Below are positions 1 to 11,372 of a DNA stretch of 64,000 nt, in pieces. The position numbers and the translations under genes were made by a program. Every line of letters starts with the position of its first letter. The stretch's first letter is position 1. The notes below the pieces were generated by a model, which was not told where the DNA came from, searched no databases, and worked only from the letters and a program-made list of their open reading frames with translations. Origin of the DNA: Convolutriloba macropyga (taxonomy: Eukaryota); contig NC_134475.1 of NCBI RefSeq assembly GCF_964194025.1, positions 19,096,001 to 19,160,000 of the forward strand, written 5' to 3'.

Positions 1-117
1 CATTTTAAATTCCTTTTGTCAGTTTTTGACAATTTATATCTTATCTTACAGTTTCGAACACAATAAGAGTCAAACTTAAATAGTGTCTTTTCATTTTTGA
101 TTTGAGGGCAGCCGTGG

Positions 118-921
118 TTGCACTTTATAAATGATCATCTTTGTAGCCAGTTCATTGTTCGGATCCTTGAAAACTATAGAGTAGTTGGCACCAACACTGA
201 GACACTTCAGATAGGCGACAGCAGAGTCTGGCAATGGTGTTCCAAAAACATGATAAAGCTGAGTCTGGCAAAATGCAAACTGCTGAGCATTAAGGGGGAG
301 GCGAACGTACTGATTGGAGGGAGATTCTGGGAAAAAGCAGATTTCGAGGACCTGGGGATTGCTGTCTGTTCGGTTATTTCTTGGACAACTCGAGCAGACA
401 GAGTCGAAAAAGGTGTGAAAGCTTTCTGGAGCATCAAACGCAATATCTTCAAAGTCTCCGTCTTGGATCACCAGGAAAAACGTCTTCCGCAGCTACGCTG
501 TTCCCGTAATTTCCTACGGATCATATTTAAAGAAGGCAATCAAAGCAGACCTCAGAGGGATAGAGGTCTGTAGAAGAAAGTTGCTTCCTGGATCCTACAG
601 ACAACGCAACTGGAGTACAAAGAGTGCCTGTAAAGACTCAAAGTTCATCCACTGGCGTTGTATCATGAGGCTCACGTTCCCTTGACGTTTATGGACATAA
701 TACAAGGACGATACTACATGAAATGGGAGATTTACGTCTTCAAAGAAAATTCGAACGAACTAGAACGGCGGGGAACATCTTCAGTACGAGAAGTCTCCGA
801 AAACGAACACAGGATTGCGATTTCTGGACGAGAGAGCGATTTCAACTGTGATACTCAAAGCCTGAAGAACTTCAAAGAGCGGCTGACAAGAGTTAATGCA
901 GATGCGTGGGCAAAAATTTGA
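118..921 (+). mobile_element. Degenerate 3' fragment of a non-LTR retrotransposon (LINE) ORF2, RT thumb/C-terminal region
   Basis: Broken frames give FIND...VWQWCSKNMIKLSLAKCKLL...EDLGIAV...ISW and YAVPVISYGS...IE...KKVASWIL...EYKECL*RLK.HPL, the usual post-RT motifs of CR1/L2/Jockey-group LINEs. Frameshifts and stops are present. Confidence 0.7.
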
Positions 922-1455
922 CTACGTAAAAATATGTACATGGAGTGTCATGTTCGTGCAATGAATGTAGAAACATAAAGAAATTAAACTTTGACTCAAA
1001 CTACTCGTCGAAACGAATTTGTCCCGGAAGTGGTTTGTTGTCCCGATAACGTTGAGCTGATAATTTGTTGTCGCAGAGAGTTTTTGAAATTTATGTGCCT
1101 ACATATACTCAGCGGACCCGTGTTGTTAGCTTGCAGAAAGTCCTCGCGTTAAATGTTTGTGGATTGTTTTTTTTCGGTGACTGCGGGTCTCTGGAAAGTG
1201 TATCCTACTGATTTACTTTTTCATCTTCTCTGGTAGTTTTGATTTGTTTTCAGCTGCATTCGATATACTAGCGTATAGAATCATGGTTACAATTGGGATG
1301 GCTGACAGTGTCCATTTAATACATTTCGTTTTCAAACTATGAATGCCGAAACTACTTATGCTACTCTCTTATACTACATTAAAAACAGTAGTCATATATG
1401 TAATTGAATGAATTAAATTCGGATATAAACAATTTTGGAATGGAACAATTTTGTG

Positions 1456-3192
1456 CTATGTCGTCAAGGCTTTGATCTCGTCCGATAGTACACGTGTGAC
1501 GTATATAGCACGAGTCGCCTCATCGCCCCCGATTAACTCCAGTGCCAATAAAGCGGCATCACGAACTACTGAAATGACATCATTCCTCCATACACTTATC
1601 AGTTTTTCTATTTGGTCCTCGGCTTTCATGCGCCCTAAGGCCACGCAAGCCGATTCACGTACCAGTCTATCCTTGTCTTTTAGTAGCTTCGCAACTCTTG
1701 CGGTAGGAGAACCTTGTGTATCGTAACCAAAGGACACCTTCGCCAGCGACAATGCTGCAATGCTTCTCACATTCGCATCAGGATCCCTCAATAAATCCAA
1801 CAGCGCCTCCTGTACAGCTGCACTTTTAAATTTGCTCAAATTCTCTATGGCATCCAAACGTACAGAAGAATCAATAGCAAAAACTGCTTTTATAGCAAGT
1901 TGCTCACGCGCGTATTTTTCCACGCTCTCCCAGACAAACTGCTCTGATCGTGAGTTTGCAGGCTTGCAAAAATCTTTAAATGCTTGCAGTGTAACTGAAT
2001 CAGGGTTATCGCTGCTTTCATCGCAGAGCTCTGACTTGAAAATAGATAAAAGCCAATGTTGATCTGTTATTGGAACTCGTGATTCGAGCTCGTGGCCAAA
2101 TTGGACCATGAATAGTTGCACAAATTCTGGCCAGTTACAGCTTTGACCCCCAGGTATATACAAATCCCAGAATGTCTCAGCTTTCATGTCATTCTGAACT
2201 GACAGGCTAGCTGTCATGCTGTCTGTAGCATCTGTTTCTGACAAAAGATTGGCAATTTTGTTTTTGATTTGCTTGCACATGAATTCAACTTGAGACTTTT
2301 TCAATCTCAAATCAGTTATCTCGACAAACTTGTTTTTATGGGGAGCCAATGTGAGTTTTTGGCCGAAGTCCATTTGAGCGAAAAGATCGTCGGGATCAGA
2401 AGAGCAAATTACGTTGAGAGGCTTGTTCGAAATGTATGCTAAGCTGAGTTCGTCTTTGCAGTATTTCGATACCACCGAGGAATCTGTCAGTATTTGCAAA
2501 AAGCACGTCGAAATCACAATTGCCTTTCCAATTTTGCTGAGGAAGTCAACACCAGCTCCCAGACCTTCTTCATCAACCCACACTTTCAAACCTTCATTTT
2601 TGAGCGCATCTTTGATATAGCGCATCAGGTCCATGTCTTGGTGGCTATACGAGATCATGACGTCAAATTTCTCTTCCTCGTCTTCTGTGTTTTGGTTATT
2701 TTGTTCTTGCGGAACTGGCGATGAAGAGCGTGATGGTTCGCCACCTGATTGTTGACTTAATCTGCGAATTGTTTGCTGCATCAAATTCTCCGGCGCAGGG
2801 GAAGAAGATTCAGCTGAAGGGTCCTGGTTTCCTTCGTTTGTTACACTTGCTACTGAGTGAAAGTTGGCGGGGACGGGCAAGTTATTTGGGGTCTGTTGTT
2901 GTGGCTCAGTGACTTGAAGTAATGGGTTGTTCGTTGGCTGTTTAATAGGTTTCGTTGGAAAACTGACGATTTGGGGAGTTTTATTGTCCACTTTTCTGAT
3001 GCTGGAACTATTCTCTGATTTGATAGATTGTGCATGTTTTGCGAAATGGATTACTCCAGCATTTGATGGTTTCGGTTTGCTTCCTGCGAGGGATGTCGAA
3101 AGATTATTAATGGTTATTTGAGTGGAATTTTTGCTGGGAATCCCCGCCAAAGGTGGCAGCTTTGTTTTGTTTTTCAGTGTAGTGCGTTGCAT
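1456..3192 (-). CDS. TIR-domain (TIR_2-like) protein with disordered N-terminus and C-terminal HEAT repeats, copy 1 (578 aa, single exon)
   Basis: FDVMISYSHQD...LKVWVD...GVDFLSKIGKAI...SKYCKDELSLAY is a TIR signature. ALLDLLRDPDANVRSIAALSLAK and LLKDKDRLVRESACVALGRM are HEAT repeats. ATG at 3192 chosen because copy 2 starts at the same Met with identical length. Confidence 0.85.
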   Translation of the reverse strand: MQRTTLKNKTKLPPLAGIPSKNSTQITINNLSTSLAGSKPKPSNAGVIHFAKHAQSIKSENSSSIRKVDNKTPQIVSFPTKPIKQPTNNPLLQVTEPQQQTPNNLPVPANFHSVASVTNEGNQDPSAESSSPAPENLMQQTIRRLSQQSGGEPSRSSSPVPQEQNNQNTEDEEEKFDVMISYSHQDMDLMRYIKDALKNEGLKVWVDEEGLGAGVDFLSKIGKAIVISTCFLQILTDSSVVSKYCKDELSLAYISNKPLNVICSSDPDDLFAQMDFGQKLTLAPHKNKFVEITDLRLKKSQVEFMCKQIKNKIANLLSETDATDSMTASLSVQNDMKAETFWDLYIPGGQSCNWPEFVQLFMVQFGHELESRVPITDQHWLLSIFKSELCDESSDNPDSVTLQAFKDFCKPANSRSEQFVWESVEKYAREQLAIKAVFAIDSSVRLDAIENLSKFKSAAVQEALLDLLRDPDANVRSIAALSLAKVSFGYDTQGSPTARVAKLLKDKDRLVRESACVALGRMKAEDQIEKLISVWRNDVISVVRDAALLALELIGGDEATRAIYVTRVLSDEIKALTT

Positions 3193-3503
3193 ATTATATT
3201 TTATTGGTAAAAACGTCTCGTTTTTGTAATCTCTTACACTTGTTGTATATAATGCGTGAAAAGCCGTAAAGTGTGTGTATTCAATTTTGGCACCAATTTT
3301 GAGTAAATTCAATTTGAACTATGTTTTAATTTTTGAGCTGCTTAATTTGAAGCGATCTCAAGTTTACCGATAATTTTCGTGTGTGAGAATGACGTTAAGT
3401 TTTGATAACTGTCAATTCCTAATAACTTAAATTTTTCAGTTTTCGACGATATGCATACGTTTCTGATTGGTATTGAAATTTTAAATTCCAGAAACCCTTT
3501 AAT
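3193..3503. promoter_or_regulatory. Probable bidirectional promoter between the TIR-HEAT gene and the AspRS gene
   Basis: Divergent start codons only 311 bp apart; the spacer is conserved in the second copy (56556-56868). Confidence 0.55.
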
Positions 3504-5501
3504 ATGATCTTATCAAACCTTCGAATGGTCGAGTCCATACTGCTCTATAGGACTCGAAGAATTACTGCGACATATTTTAGTTCGTTCAATTCAACCTATA
3601 CATCAAATCTTTGCAATTTTTGCAGAGAGAGGTCAAGTTTGGCTCAAGTGAAGTTTGAAACTGAAAAACAACACATCCGTAGAGTATCGAAAAGTGTGAA
3701 AAGATATCGGACTCTCCACTGCGCTGATGTTTCCAAAGATCATGTTGGGTCAGAGCAGCTGTTTTCCGGGTGGGTCAAATATGTAAGAAATTTAGGAAAA
3801 TCTTCATTTGGGTTTCTGGTGTTGACGGATCATACTGGTGACCTGCAATTTGTTCTGCGAGATCAGAATAAGAGTGATCATCAAGAAGACAGCTTTTCAA
3901 ACGTAATTACTCCTGACGGGTTTTTATGGTCTGACGTTACTGCTCAAAGTGCGATGACAATTCGGGGAATGGTTCTGAATCGGCCAGCGACAGATGTTAA
4001 TCCAGAAATGGAAAGTGGAGCTTTCGAAGTTCTAATAAACGAAGTTCTGTTTTGTAATTCTTCAGCTCCCGTACCTTTTAACATTTATAAACCTCAATTC
4101 TTGGTACGAGAAGATATAAGGTTACAATACCGATATTTAGACTTAAGACGTCAAGAAATGCAAAAAGTTCTACGCTTCCGTTCTTCCGTCATGCACAAAA
4201 TGAGGCGTGTTTTGGTGGAGAAATTGTTTTTCACAGAAATTGAAACTCCAACTCTATTCCGAAGTTCCCCGGGTGGTGCAAAAGAATTCTTGGTCGCATC
4301 ACAACAACCGGATCATTATTTTGCTTTGACTCAGAGTCCTCAACAGCTTAAGCAGCTTCTGATGGTTGGCATGGTTGATCGATATTTCCAGTTTGCGAAA
4401 TGCTATCGTGATGAAAGTCAATTTTCAGATCGACAACTTGAGTTCACACAGCTGGACTTAGAAGTAAGCTTCGAATCAAAAGAATTTATTCAAGATGTAA
4501 TTGAAAGAATAATTTGGGAAACTTGGCCTAGTGAGATTTCAATTCCACCGAGCATTCCCTTCAAAAGAATGTCGTATGATGAAGTGTTTAGTAACTATGG
4601 GACTGATAAACCTGATTTGCGTTATGAAGATATAAAGTTGAAGAAGGTACCTTCAGATTTATTGCGAAAACTGAATAATCCTGTTCTAGACCAACATTTA
4701 AATGCAGGCTACGGTGGTCGTGGGTTGTTGATTAAAAATGGGCAAAAAATGACTCGGGCCTCCGTGAAAAAAAATGTACAGATCATTGAGAAAGAGCTTC
4801 GTTGGATGGTATCTGTAGTGAATATTGGACAGGATGGAAGATGGCACCACCACCCGTTTCAAAAAGCGGAGAACGAAACTGTTGATGATTTGAATTTGCT
4901 CTTCAAATGTGAGGAAGGGGATATTTTGTTTTTGTGTTGTGGTCCAGAAGATCTAGTGTGTACTATGTTAGGAAGAGTAAGAGCTAATATGATTGAAAAT
5001 TTACGGGAAGTCTCCAAATTCTACCAGAGGAATGGAAGGGATTTTCGGTTTTTATGGGTTGAAGATTTCCCGCTTTTTGAGCGAAGAATTGACAATGACA
5101 AAGAAATCTGGGTTGCAAGTCATCACCCGTTCACAGCTCCTCGTCAGGACGACATCGAGTTCCTTGAATCGGATCCCTCCAAGGTCAGAGGTCAACACTT
5201 CGACTTGGTTTTGAATGGCAATGAGATTGCTGGTGGTTCAATGAGAATAAGCGATTCGAAAGTCCAGCAGAAAATACTAGGTGATATTCTGAAGCTGGAT
5301 TGTTGTAACTTCCAGTACTTGATAGATGCATTGTCTTATGGAGCACCAGTGCATGGTGGAATTGCTATTGGTCTCGACAGGTATTTCGCTGTGATTCTGG
5401 GAAAGAAATCGATCAGAGATGTGATTGCCTTCCCTAAGAGTAATAAAACGGGAGCTTGTTTAATGAGTGATGCACCGAGCCGGATTGAGCTTGGTGGTTA
5501 A
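3504..5501 (+). CDS. DARS2: Mitochondrial aspartyl-tRNA synthetase, copy 1 (665 aa, intronless)
   Basis: OB-fold (GWVKYVRNLG..FLVLTDHTG), RLQYRYLDLRR, EIETPTL, ALTQSPQQLKQLLMVG, YFQFAKCYRDE, DRQLEFTQLDLE, YGTDKPDLR, HHPFTAP, FDLVLNGNEIAGGSMRI, GAPVHGGIAIGLDR, IRDVIAFPK (bacterial/mitochondrial-type AspRS). Arg/Ser-rich N-terminal extension resembles a targeting peptide. Confidence 0.93.
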   Translation: MILSNLRMVESILLYRTRRITATYFSSFNSTYTSNLCNFCRERSSLAQVKFETEKQHIRRVSKSVKRYRTLHCADVSKDHVGSEQLFSGWVKYVRNLGKSSFGFLVLTDHTGDLQFVLRDQNKSDHQEDSFSNVITPDGFLWSDVTAQSAMTIRGMVLNRPATDVNPEMESGAFEVLINEVLFCNSSAPVPFNIYKPQFLVREDIRLQYRYLDLRRQEMQKVLRFRSSVMHKMRRVLVEKLFFTEIETPTLFRSSPGGAKEFLVASQQPDHYFALTQSPQQLKQLLMVGMVDRYFQFAKCYRDESQFSDRQLEFTQLDLEVSFESKEFIQDVIERIIWETWPSEISIPPSIPFKRMSYDEVFSNYGTDKPDLRYEDIKLKKVPSDLLRKLNNPVLDQHLNAGYGGRGLLIKNGQKMTRASVKKNVQIIEKELRWMVSVVNIGQDGRWHHHPFQKAENETVDDLNLLFKCEEGDILFLCCGPEDLVCTMLGRVRANMIENLREVSKFYQRNGRDFRFLWVEDFPLFERRIDNDKEIWVASHHPFTAPRQDDIEFLESDPSKVRGQHFDLVLNGNEIAGGSMRISDSKVQQKILGDILKLDCCNFQYLIDALSYGAPVHGGIAIGLDRYFAVILGKKSIRDVIAFPKSNKTGACLMSDAPSRIELGG

Positions 5502-5598
5502 TTGATTCTTATGAGGCAGATTTTACTTTTAAAAATTGAAAAAAGTCGCGAGCTTGCTTTCTAGCTTGGTGCAAATGACCCTGAACGCACAGAATTAT

Positions 5599-6162
5599 TA
5601 CAATTCAAAGAATTTGAATTGTATTGGGGCGCTGTCTTTTTTTTTTTTAAGATCTGTTCACACATTTTCATGATTTTTGAAGTCAAATTGGAGTAGTGAT
5701 TTTGGTCACGCCGAAACAGGAAATGGAGCGAAAAAGCGAGTGGTTTTGCTGCGTGAAATTTTTTCGCTCTAATTTTGAAGTAGAGTGAGAAAACGGTGTT
5801 TGAACAAAAATTCGGTTTCTCGGTAGCGGTTTTTTTGTTCACATGCGGCAATTTCACTCTGATTTTTACTGTTTTTTCGAGTTTTTGGATCGGATTTTTT
5901 CTAAATGGTTTTCCCAATCCATTCACAGCTCATTATAGGCCTAGTTTTTTGTTTGAATTAAATTTTCATTTCTCGCTAGTGGTTTTTTTGTTCACATGCG
6001 GCGTTTTGACTTTGATTTTCTGTTTTTTTTCTTATTTTTTTGATCTGATTTTTTAAAATTGGTTTTCTCAATTCACTCATAGTCCATTCTAGGTCTAGTT
6101 TTTCTGTTTAGTCAATGAAAATTCTTTGAATTGTACGTCAGGACTTGTCCTGCTATGTTTTT
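5599..6162 (+). mobile_element. Non-autonomous Helentron-associated (HINE/DINE-1-like) element
   Basis: 5' hairpin TACAATTCAAA-GAA-TTTGAATTGTA; matching 3' sub-terminal IR AAATTCTTTGAATTGTA (6119-6135); then stem-loop CAGGAC-TT-GTCCTG and CTATGTTTTT; internal ~150-bp tandem duplication. Absent from the paralogous site near 58950. Confidence 0.7.
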
Positions 6163-6383
6163 TAAATTATATTGTTTACTAATTGTTTCGGTACAGATCT
6201 TGAAAAGAATTATGATTTTCAGTGTGTTTGAGCTTCCCGGAACAATAATTAACATTTGAATCAAAGGAAACGACAACAATATGAATTGGGAGATTATAAA
6301 TTTCAAAACTGCTAGGTCAACTTTCAGGTATTGTAACATGAGTGTAGGACGATGAATTTATCCTGAGTCGTCTGGCAAGAGAA

Positions 6384-6656
6384 TTGCTCCTGGTTTGCCT
6401 TCCCAAGCCCCATTGGTTCCTTGACGGGCAATCCCATTGGGTAACCATGAAGTACAATCATTCGGCTGTAACATATTTCACTCTCCGCAATTCTTTCATC
6501 CACAATTACTTGATGGCAATGACTAAGTATCTTTGGAAGTGCAAAGTGCTTCTACCCTTTCTGGTGACGTCACTGATATTGGCGAGTAACGTTAGGATGA
6601 GGTTCACTGTTCGGTTGCCTGGAGATAATGATGATGTTCAGGACGAGCAGCAATAA
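6384..6656 (+). CDS. Candidate small ORF or terminal exon of unknown function, copy 1
   Basis: 90 codons identical in protein to 59178-59450, with four nucleotide differences that are all synonymous. Hydrophobic stretch VLLPFLVTSLILAS. No family recognised and the start is uncertain. Confidence 0.35.
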   Translation: MLLVCLPKPHWFLDGQSHWVTMKYNHSAVTYFTLRNSFIHNYLMAMTKYLWKCKVLLPFLVTSLILASNVRMRFTVRLPGDNDDVQDEQQ

Positions 6657-7217
6657 ATCTAAATTGAGCTGATAACTGAAGAATAAAATGTTGGCTAATA
6701 AGTTTATACGGATCTGTTACCCCCTAAACTTTTTTCCACAAATTTGCGAAAACAACAATCAGTATATAATTAAGCACAGCCTAAAATGAGATTTCGAACT
6801 AGTTATTGCCTCCAATATACTCCAAGAGAATGATATCATGAGTGTGTTGAAGAAGAAATTGTAGGTGATCATATCGTACTGGGGTTATGAAACAGTCTCG
6901 TGTTTACTTTATTTCCATTATAGATATTTTGTTTTATAAGTGAAATAGCTATTTTGAAATTCTTGACATGAACAGATTTTAATTAATTAGTTTTGCTTAG
7001 ATTTTTTATTGGGAAGGTGGCTTTCAATGAAACAGGTCTGAATTATTGTTTCGATCCCTCTTGAGGGGGGGGGGGGAGGAACTATATACTCAAATGGGTT
7101 TTTTTTTGTTCAGTCAATTTTGGCCGATCGATATATTCATCGTAGAGAGTTGAGACTGGTATCATTAGAAAGCGTGTCCAGCGTCGAATATGGAATTTAA
7201 AAGATTTTTTTTTTATT

Positions 7218-7720
7218 AATAGCCGCACAGCGATAGCTGAGGCTATTATTGGCCTTCTCTTGGTTTTTTTTTATTTCGTCGTCATGATTTTTGTTACGAC
7301 CATATGACGTCACAGCCATTTTTTGTTCATTCGTTCATGCAATTTCAACTGAATTGCATGTGTGACGTCATTTTTCGCTCTTAGTGGAGCGAGTTTTTTT
7401 GTTCATGCGCGTGATTAAATTTTTGGTCACACTTGACTTACCTCACTCTCAAAAATGACTTCCTCACTTTGAAATTGACTTTTATTTACTTTAATTCAAA
7501 GAGATAAGGTCAAATGGGTGTGTATCACTCTAAATGAAGGTTATTTGAGATCAGCTAATGGAAGCAGTAATAACTTATACAGATTTTTAATCAAAATATA
7601 ACAGATCAGCCTTCAATGAAAACACGAATTTTTTTGGTCTGTCTTTTTTACTGTTTTTTTAGACTGCCGATCTACGAATCTATTGCGGCTATTTTCTGGC
7701 AATCTGCCAGCTATGTTTTT
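7218..7720 (+). mobile_element. Second HINE/DINE-1-like element (different family)
   Basis: 5' AATAGCCGCA with nearby partial IR (GGCTATT); 3' sub-terminal IR TGCGGCTATT (7684-7693); stem-loop CTGGCA-ATC-TGCCAG; CTATGTTTTT; flanked by T runs. Confidence 0.65.
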
Positions 7721-9099
7721 CGTTTTTGACAGGGAGATATCGAGGTTTAAACTTTCGAGAAAATAGAGTGAATTCCGTTGATTTCATTCACCTTTTTTCG
7801 GAATTTTTGACTAAAATTTTGCCAATTTTGATAAAATTTAATAAAATTTTTCAAGAAAATGTTGCTGATTTTACGTTCGGCTATTTTCATTGAATATTTT
7901 GTCACAAATTCGCGCTAAATATTTCACAAAATTCAGACTTTTTCATCAAAAACAGCACGAAATAAGTTTCTTTAGTCCACTCTGATTAAATTTGCAGGAA
8001 CTGCACACCCAAACACCACTAACACAATCTTAGTAGACTGAAAAGGGGGCTTATTCCACTTCAACTTCCGTTGAGAGCGCTCTGTAAATAAAACTTTGCC
8101 GTTTTTTGCTAACTTTATTCGTTGATTATCAAAAACGCACTATTTATTTTTGATTTTTTAACTAACAAAATATCTACATCAATGGCATTCCAAAAGTTAG
8201 ATATTCCTAATGGACCATAAACATTAGCAAGACTAGTTATGTACCAATCTTGGACCGTTACAATCCAAAAATAATTCGGATTGTCGTCAGTCGGTTTTTT
8301 ATAAAAAAAATTCGATCTTTTTTATGTTAATTGAATAACAGAACATTTCAAATCAAAGCTCACTAGTGATAGGTCTTATTGGCTTCCTAATTATCTCGAA
8401 ATTAGTTTATCTATTTGATTGCTTGAAAGCTTATGGTCGTTTTGACTTTTAAAATATTTGATTTTTAAATAAAAAAATGGCTTATTGAACTTTGCCTCCA
8501 TTTTTCTCTTAATTTGGTCAACTTGTACTTTAGTGTCAGCGATCAAAGAGTGTACCTTCTTTCTGCTGAATTCAAATTTAGTCTTTATTGCGGTTTTATG
8601 CCTTAAGTTATGGTGTTCTGGCTTTGATACTACTAGATTTCACAATTTTTTTTAACTTTTAGGTATTTGCCCATTTTTCATGTTTTCTGGTTTTGTCAAA
8701 TTATCACGTTATTGTCAGTTCATATATCACATTTTCAAGTTCAAAATAACGCAAAATTGATAATACTTAAATCCTTAGCGATATAGATTGTGGTTCTTTA
8801 CCGCTTCTACAGTACTTTCTCGAAGATTTTATTTGAATTTTTTAATTTTGTCTCAAACTGTCGGTTTTACTTTGTCTTTTTAGTCGTGTTTAATTTCCTG
8901 TACAATGACCAGGTTTGATTAGCTTTTCCTGGAAGAGCAGATGAGCCGATGTTCTGATATTTGAAGATAGATAATGGCTTTCATGACTTTGAAAACAATT
9001 GTTTTCCAAAATGACAAAAAACATTTCAACTTTGTTCCATTGTTGTTCCCCGCAATTTTGTTCCTTTTATTTTTCCCCGCAATTTTGTTCCTTTTATTG

Positions 9100-10230
9100 C
9101 CTGTTTGTTACCTGGTCTCGTTAATTAAAGGTTAAAGATGACATTTTTTTCTTCAAGAGAAGGTGTCAAAAGATATTGGTGTCACAAAATCTAATGTTTT
9201 TTAAGAATTCGTTATGACTTTACTGGCTTCGACACGGGTTTTTCACAAAAAAAGTCAATTAATTTTTGATTTTTGTCATATTTGACGTTCATTTTGCAGA
9301 CGTAAGACTTGTTCTGGATAATTGCAGGTCTCGAGGGCTTCCTTTAGAAGAATAAGCGAACTTATTCAAGTTTTTCCTTTTGTAATTAATGGCTTTCATG
9401 TCTTTGGAAATATATTTTTTTCGATAAAAACAAGTATTACATAATCTTGTTTTTTTTCCTTTTTGGTCTGGTTGTTACCTAGTTTCATTAATGAGAGGTC
9501 ACATTATACATTTCAAGGGAAGGTGTCAAAAGGGATTGGTGTCACAAAATCTAATTTTTTAAGAGAATTCGTTATGACTTTACTGGCTTCTACACGGGTT
9601 TTTCACAATAAAAAGTAAATGAATTTTTGATTTTTGTCATATTTGACGTTCTTTTTGTAGACGTAAGACACCTTCTGGATAATTGCAGGTCTCAAGGGCT
9701 TCCTTTGGTTGAATGGACGAACCTATTCAAATTTTTCATTTTGTAATTAATGGCTTTCATGTCTTTGGAAATATATTTTTTTCGATAAAAACAAGTATTA
9801 CATAATCTTGTTTTTTTTCCTTTTTGGTCTGGTTGTTACCTAGTTTCATTAATGAGAGGTCACATTATACATTTCAAGGGAAGGTGTCAAAAGGGATTGG
9901 TGTCACAAAATCTAATTTTTTAAGAGAATTCGTTATGACTTTACTGGCTTCTACACGGGTTTTTCACAATAAAAAGTAAATGAATTTTTGATTTTTGTCA
10001 TATTTGACGTTCTTTTTGTAGACGTAAGACACCTTCTGGATAATTGCAGGTCTCAAGGGCTTCCTTTGGTTGAATGGACGAACCTATTCAAATTTTTCAT
10101 TTTGTAATTAATGGCTTTTATGTCTTTGGAAAACTTTTTTTTTCGAAAAAAAAAAGGATTACATAATTTTGCATTTTTTCTTTTCTATCTAAATGTTGCT
10201 TATTTTCATTAATGAGGTGCCACATAATAC
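9100..10230. repeat. Tandem repeat, about 3 units of ~360 bp
   Basis: AAGGTGTCAAAA recurs at about 9161, 9520 and 9881 with the surrounding sequence conserved. Confidence 0.85.
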
Positions 10231-10685
10231 ATTATTGGTGCTCGACGAAGGTGCAATCGAACATGTTTTGGGGGCTAAAGTAGGGCTTTACCGCTTCCAA
10301 AGCTTTTTCTGGCAAGTTTAAATTGATTTTTAGTTTGTTGTCTATTTGTTGTTCTTTTTTTAACTGCATAAAAAATTGAATACCAAGAGTTCTTAATTCC
10401 CTTCTTTAGAAGCATTGGTAATTGTAAAGGTATGGGATATTTTAGTTGATTCCTAATGGTTTTCATTACTTTGAAATTAATTTTAAAAAAAAAAATTCAG
10501 CGAATTTTCTAACTTTAAAGTTTCTGTTCTTTTTTGTCTAATTGTTACCAAGCTTTATTATGAACTGGTGAATAAACATTTTTTTCTGGTAAATTACAAG
10601 TTATTTTGTTTATTTTCAGTTCTATCTGACGCTATTTTGACTTTGTTATTAAGTTTTTTTTTTAAAACGGACATAAATTTTTTGA

Positions 10686-11372
10686 TGTAATTAATGTTTG
10701 TTGTTGTTTGATTTTGCCGTTCGTCTTCGCTCGCTTTCTTAATATAGACTTATCTCATCAATCTATTGCATCACTTTTTACTCCACTGAGTTATTTGCTT
10801 TGATCTTTTCGTTCATACACCAGTTTTTTTTTGAAAAATACTTGAATTTTTTTGTGTTTTTCCATCTGTTCCTCATTTGCTGTACAATGACCCGGTTTGA
10901 TTAGCTTTTCCTGGAAGAGCAGATGAGCCGATGTTCTGATATTAGAAGATAGATAATGGCTTTCATGACTTTGAAAACAATTGTTTTCCAAAATGACAAA
11001 AAACATTTCAACTTTGTTCCATTGTTGTTCCCCGCAATTTTGTTCCTTTTATTTTTCCCCGCAATTTTGTTCCTTTTAATGCCTGTTTGTTACCTGGTCT
11101 CGTTAATTAAAGGTTAAAGATGACATTTTTTTCTTCAAGAGAAGGTGTCAAAAGATATTGGTGTCACAAAATCTAATGTAATTAATGTTTGTTGTTGTTT
11201 GATTTTGCCGTTCGTCTTCGCTCGCTTTCTTAATATAGACTTATCTCATCAATCTATTGCATCACTTTTTACTCCACTGAGTTATTTGCTTTGATCTTTT
11301 CGTTCATACACCAGTTTTTTTTTGAAAAATACTTGAATTTTTTTGTGTTTTTCCATCTGTTCCTCATTTGCT
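10686..11372. repeat. Local patchwork duplications (10686-10880 repeated at 11177-11372; 8900-9197 repeated at 10881-11177)
   Basis: Direct sequence identity of the segments. Confidence 0.8.

Noticed and set aside
1451-3121. Plus-strand ORFs overlapping the TIR-HEAT gene (and equivalents at 54.8-56.5 kb, 28.9-29.2 kb, 63.3-63.6 kb)
   Set aside because: Antisense shadows of real coding frames.
3193-3312. 40-aa N-terminal extension of TIR-HEAT copy 1
   Set aside because: Non-ATG start, and the frame is not preserved in copy 2.
3504-5501. Bacterial aspS / horizontal transfer or contamination
   Set aside because: The N-terminal targeting-like extension and eukaryotic neighbours fit nuclear-encoded mitochondrial AspRS; lack of introns alone is not evidence of transfer.
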